DNA of 64,000 nucleotides, taken from NCBI GenBank assembly GCA_963924565.1, contig OZ004612.1, positions 6,262,001 to 6,326,000 of the forward strand, given 5' to 3'. Both the position numbers and the translations under genes were made by a program. The notes beneath the pieces were generated by a model. The model had not been told where the DNA came from and searched no databases. It saw only the letters and a program-made list of their open reading frames with translations. The DNA is from Ascidiella aspersa (taxonomy: Eukaryota). Positions within the stretch are counted from its first letter, which is position 1. Every line of letters begins with the position of its first letter. Below, piece after piece: positions 60,628 to 64,000 of this stretch.

Positions 60628-60941
60628 GTAGGCCCTACTCATCTGATACTAGGCTGGTATTGGTGCCGATCTGATATGTTTTCATATAGGAATTTCAGCC
60701 TTAGTATGCGAATGACTGGTTATAAACTCAAAGTAACTAAACTTCTTAACGCAAGAGCAAATTTTGACTAAATAACTTAAATAGTTTTGAACTTTCCAGA
60801 TTTATTTATTTTACTTGTTTAGGCATTTAATGAAGTCAGCAATGGTCTTCTCTTTGTCCCAAATATCGGGCATCGGGATAAAATGTCTAGTATCGTACAT
60901 CCCAGTGTTACAAGCTTGGTATTGACAACTATACTCTACTG

Positions 60942-61567
60942 CAGGGGTCAGCAAACTTTTTTACACTGCGGACCGGTTTAAAACTGAAAATGTTTCGCGG
61001 ACCGGGCTTAAAAACAACAAATGCCCAGTAAGGGAAATTTATTACAACTTTTTTCAATAAACGAATTTAAACGCATACGTTGTTTTTAAAATCTTTCTTG
61101 CCTGAACATAAAAATAACAATTAATTTTATTGTGGGACGTTGTTTGCATAATTTGATTCTATTGCATTTTAGGGTGAACGCGGTTAAGCATAAAAAATAT
61201 ATGATATTTTGGCCCTTTTTCAAAATATTGTACACGAGGAGTTAGATTTTACAATCAAAAAAATGCATTTTAGGATAGTGCTCTATAGTCTGTATGGCCA
61301 CAGCACACTGGTTTGTTTTGCACCTCACGAGTGCTTGAGACTAATTTTGACTTTTCATATACCAATCAACCATGGAGTAGGCTATATTTAAACGAAAGTT
61401 AATGTGATTTGGATATAAAAATACTTTCAATCGTTTTTGACTTTTCCTACCCCTTTTTCGGCTTTTACGCTACGGTTTGGGTTTAAATCAAAACTTTAAT
61501 CTGGCAACTCTGCTACGGACCGGTAACGAACTCCTCGAAGACCGGCACCGGCCGTTGCCGACCACTG
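60942..61567. mobile_element. hAT-type MITE
   Basis: TIR CAGGGGTCAGCAA / TTGCCGACCACTG; exact 8-bp TSD CTCTACTG. Confidence 0.9.
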
Positions 61568-64000
61568 CTCTACTGGAACTATAACTTTGCATCGCGAATC
61601 ATTTTGATTGATAATATCGGACATCTCTCGATATGGGGCTGGCAGGAGGGCCGTACCTAGGGCTTCTACTTCAGATTGCATGGCATCTAGGCTACAACAG
61701 TGCTCCGCAACCTGTGTGCCGCGAAACCTTAGTAGGCCCGCCACGGTGTTACCGGAATAATTTTTGCACTTTCCAAAGTTACTATGCAATATCCAGTAAA
61801 ATTAAGCGGAGAAATGTAGGCTACACCAGCAGGTCAACCTTTTTGACTGTTCGCAACAATCTCGTCGAAACTTCATTCCTTTGCACCACTCATTTTTGAC
61901 TTTTTTAAAACAGAAGTTTAATTATAGAAGTCGCAATTATAAAATAATTTTAGACCAAAGGGGAAACCTGAAGACAATATCCAATATTCATCGGCCTATA
62001 GCCAGTGGGGCATCGTTGTCATTATCGCTTTGGTTTGCACAGCATAAAATAGAAACTAATCTTGGTTGGTGTCCCGGAATACAATTTAAGCAAAATAGCT
62101 GTTTTACTGTATATCCAAATTTGCCAGTGGGGATTATCATTTTGTGCCCAATGCAAACGTTTCGTGGATGGGTATTAAACACAGCTACGGAGTCGACTAT
62201 ACTTTATTTTCTAGGCCAGAGTCGGATTTGGCTAGTTTAAAACTGACTAACGCCATAAATTGAAGTATTTATCAATTGGTTTAACAAAACTTTGCTGCTT
62301 GTTTTTCCCTCTTAGATTTAATCCACAAACGTACACTGTTTCTGGTAAGAAGAAATTACTAGAACAGGTTAACGGAGACAAAATCTGAAGCAGCAGAGTG
62401 AATCTTGGAAGTATCAACGAAATAAACAATTAGATTTAGCGGTTGTCCACAACCACGGCAAAACAAACCTTTCCAGTCATATCAGTGTATTTCAACGCTT
62501 ATACAGCAAAAACAACATTATTATTATTAAAGTTTTCGATTGGTGGTAATGACTTGCCTACAAAAGGAGGGTCAATGTACATGCAAAACAATTAACGCAG
62601 CTTTGAACGTTCTTTGAATTTTGGAGACGAATAGGTTACCGTGCCATATGAAAAAAAACATTTAAAACTAAACTTCGCTGGTTGAACTTCGTTTGAAATG
62701 AGAGCTAACGAACGTAAATATGTAACACCAAACATATTTCCGTCCCAATGGGCGCAACATATAAAATGATACTTCATAGGTATAGACAGCACAGAACGCA
62801 AGATATACTTTGGAAAACGGTGCATTAAGAAAATCCTCTTAATAGCTTTTCGAAACTCTCTCCGGTTAAACATAGATTTGCTTAAAGGTGATTTGGAACA
62901 ACGCGAACTACTATTGTTCGTCTGTCAGTTTGAAAACTAAAAAAACAGGTTTTCGGCAACAAAAATGCTTTATGAAGTGTACAGGTACTCGGTATTCGCA
63001 GTGTGAGATTTACACGAAAAACTATAGGACAGCAACATATCGATGCTAGGCGAAATGACAATCTTTTTACTTACGCTTCAAAACCTCGCATACACCAGCA
63101 CACTAGTTGTTGATCTAAACGTACCCTTAAAATTATCACGATGAAATTATCAGTTCTAGTTAACAGTGAATATCGGTTTATTTCTACTGCACTGTGATTG
63201 AAAAAATAAGCGAGAGGATAGGATACGAATTTAAAATTTTAATGGGTATTTTGTTCGCTTGGTTAACAGTAACCAAAAAACGAAGCCTTTCGACTACAAA
63301 ATCAAAAGAAAGAAAAAACACGTGAACACAACTACTACAACTCTCGACAGAAGACAAACAGACAGACAGCGGACACAAACTAATACCGAGCAACTGCAGT
63401 AAAGGGCCTTTCGCGTCAAATTATGGCGCGAGAAAAAGAAAGGGAGAAGGGTAATAGGCGGAACTGACAGACTACTAAGGACTTCGCTAGAACATGGACT
63501 TTTACGGAACTAGATACTTAGATATGCCGCTTCTGTTGTGCGAAATTTTTAGAGGCAGAAAGACAGCAGCGCGTTAAAAGAAAATTGCAAGAACTCAAGT
63601 TGCAGCCATTTGCGGGAAAGAACAACCTAAACCGATGAAGGCATTTTGAACAACCTGGGAGTTTCTTTGTAAAATCGCAAACCAATTAAGGAAATTTTGT
63701 TGGAACTTTAAGCTACATTTGGGAATTTATTGGAGGACTAGAAAAAAACGTTGCTTGCACATTAAAATCTTTACCTATAGTCTTTTTTTAAATCTAAAAT
63801 ATATTGCCAAATACAGCTTTAACAGCACTTGCATTTCGATAGCTTTGAGATTATTGCGCGATATTTTACCTTTAAAAAAAAGGTTCCGTTAATAACGTCG
63901 TTTGTCTGGAATCTTTTTCGCACTTTTGAAAACAAATTTCAAGGCAGAGAACCAATTCTCTGCGAAAAAAACAACAACAACAACGAAATAACAAACGAAT

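Larger units (their letters stand above)
59659..60904. mobile_element. TAGGGATGTCCGAT-family MITE interrupted by two younger MITEs
   Basis: Left end TAGGGTGTCCGATAGTATCGG; right end TATCGTACATCCC; no TSD recognised. Confidence 0.6.

Noticed and set aside
63400-63660. Purine-rich, coding-looking stretch on the plus strand
   Set aside because: Interrupted by stops, no clear splice sites or domain; cannot be supported

Overview
AT-rich, intron-containing animal genomic DNA; the gene content, compact introns and MITE load suggest a tunicate/ascidian, which is inference. I reconstructed six protein-coding genes by hand from GT-AG boundaries, all on the minus strand: (1) a signal peptide + FN2 + ~20 LDLa + LGR/RXFP-type 7TM receptor with no leucine-rich repeats; (2, 3) two four-exon PLAC8/cornifelin-family paralogs; (4) an intronless myosin-XIX ORF lying entirely inside the last intron of the second PLAC8 gene on the same strand; (5, 6) two tandem 20-exon SERCA Ca2+-ATPase genes (999 aa each, four conservative differences found). 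The SERCA exons are patchily homogenised while their introns are mostly unalignable, a gene-conversion signature. Non-coding DNA holds hAT-type and foldback MITEs (several with clean 8-bp TSDs, one nested cluster), tRNA-derived SINEs and a 58-bp intronic minisatellite. It also holds minimal hammerhead-ribozyme motifs, including a back-to-back pair forming a 53-bp perfect inverted repeat that has a second, decayed copy in the window. All alignments and counts were done by eye; no database searches were run.
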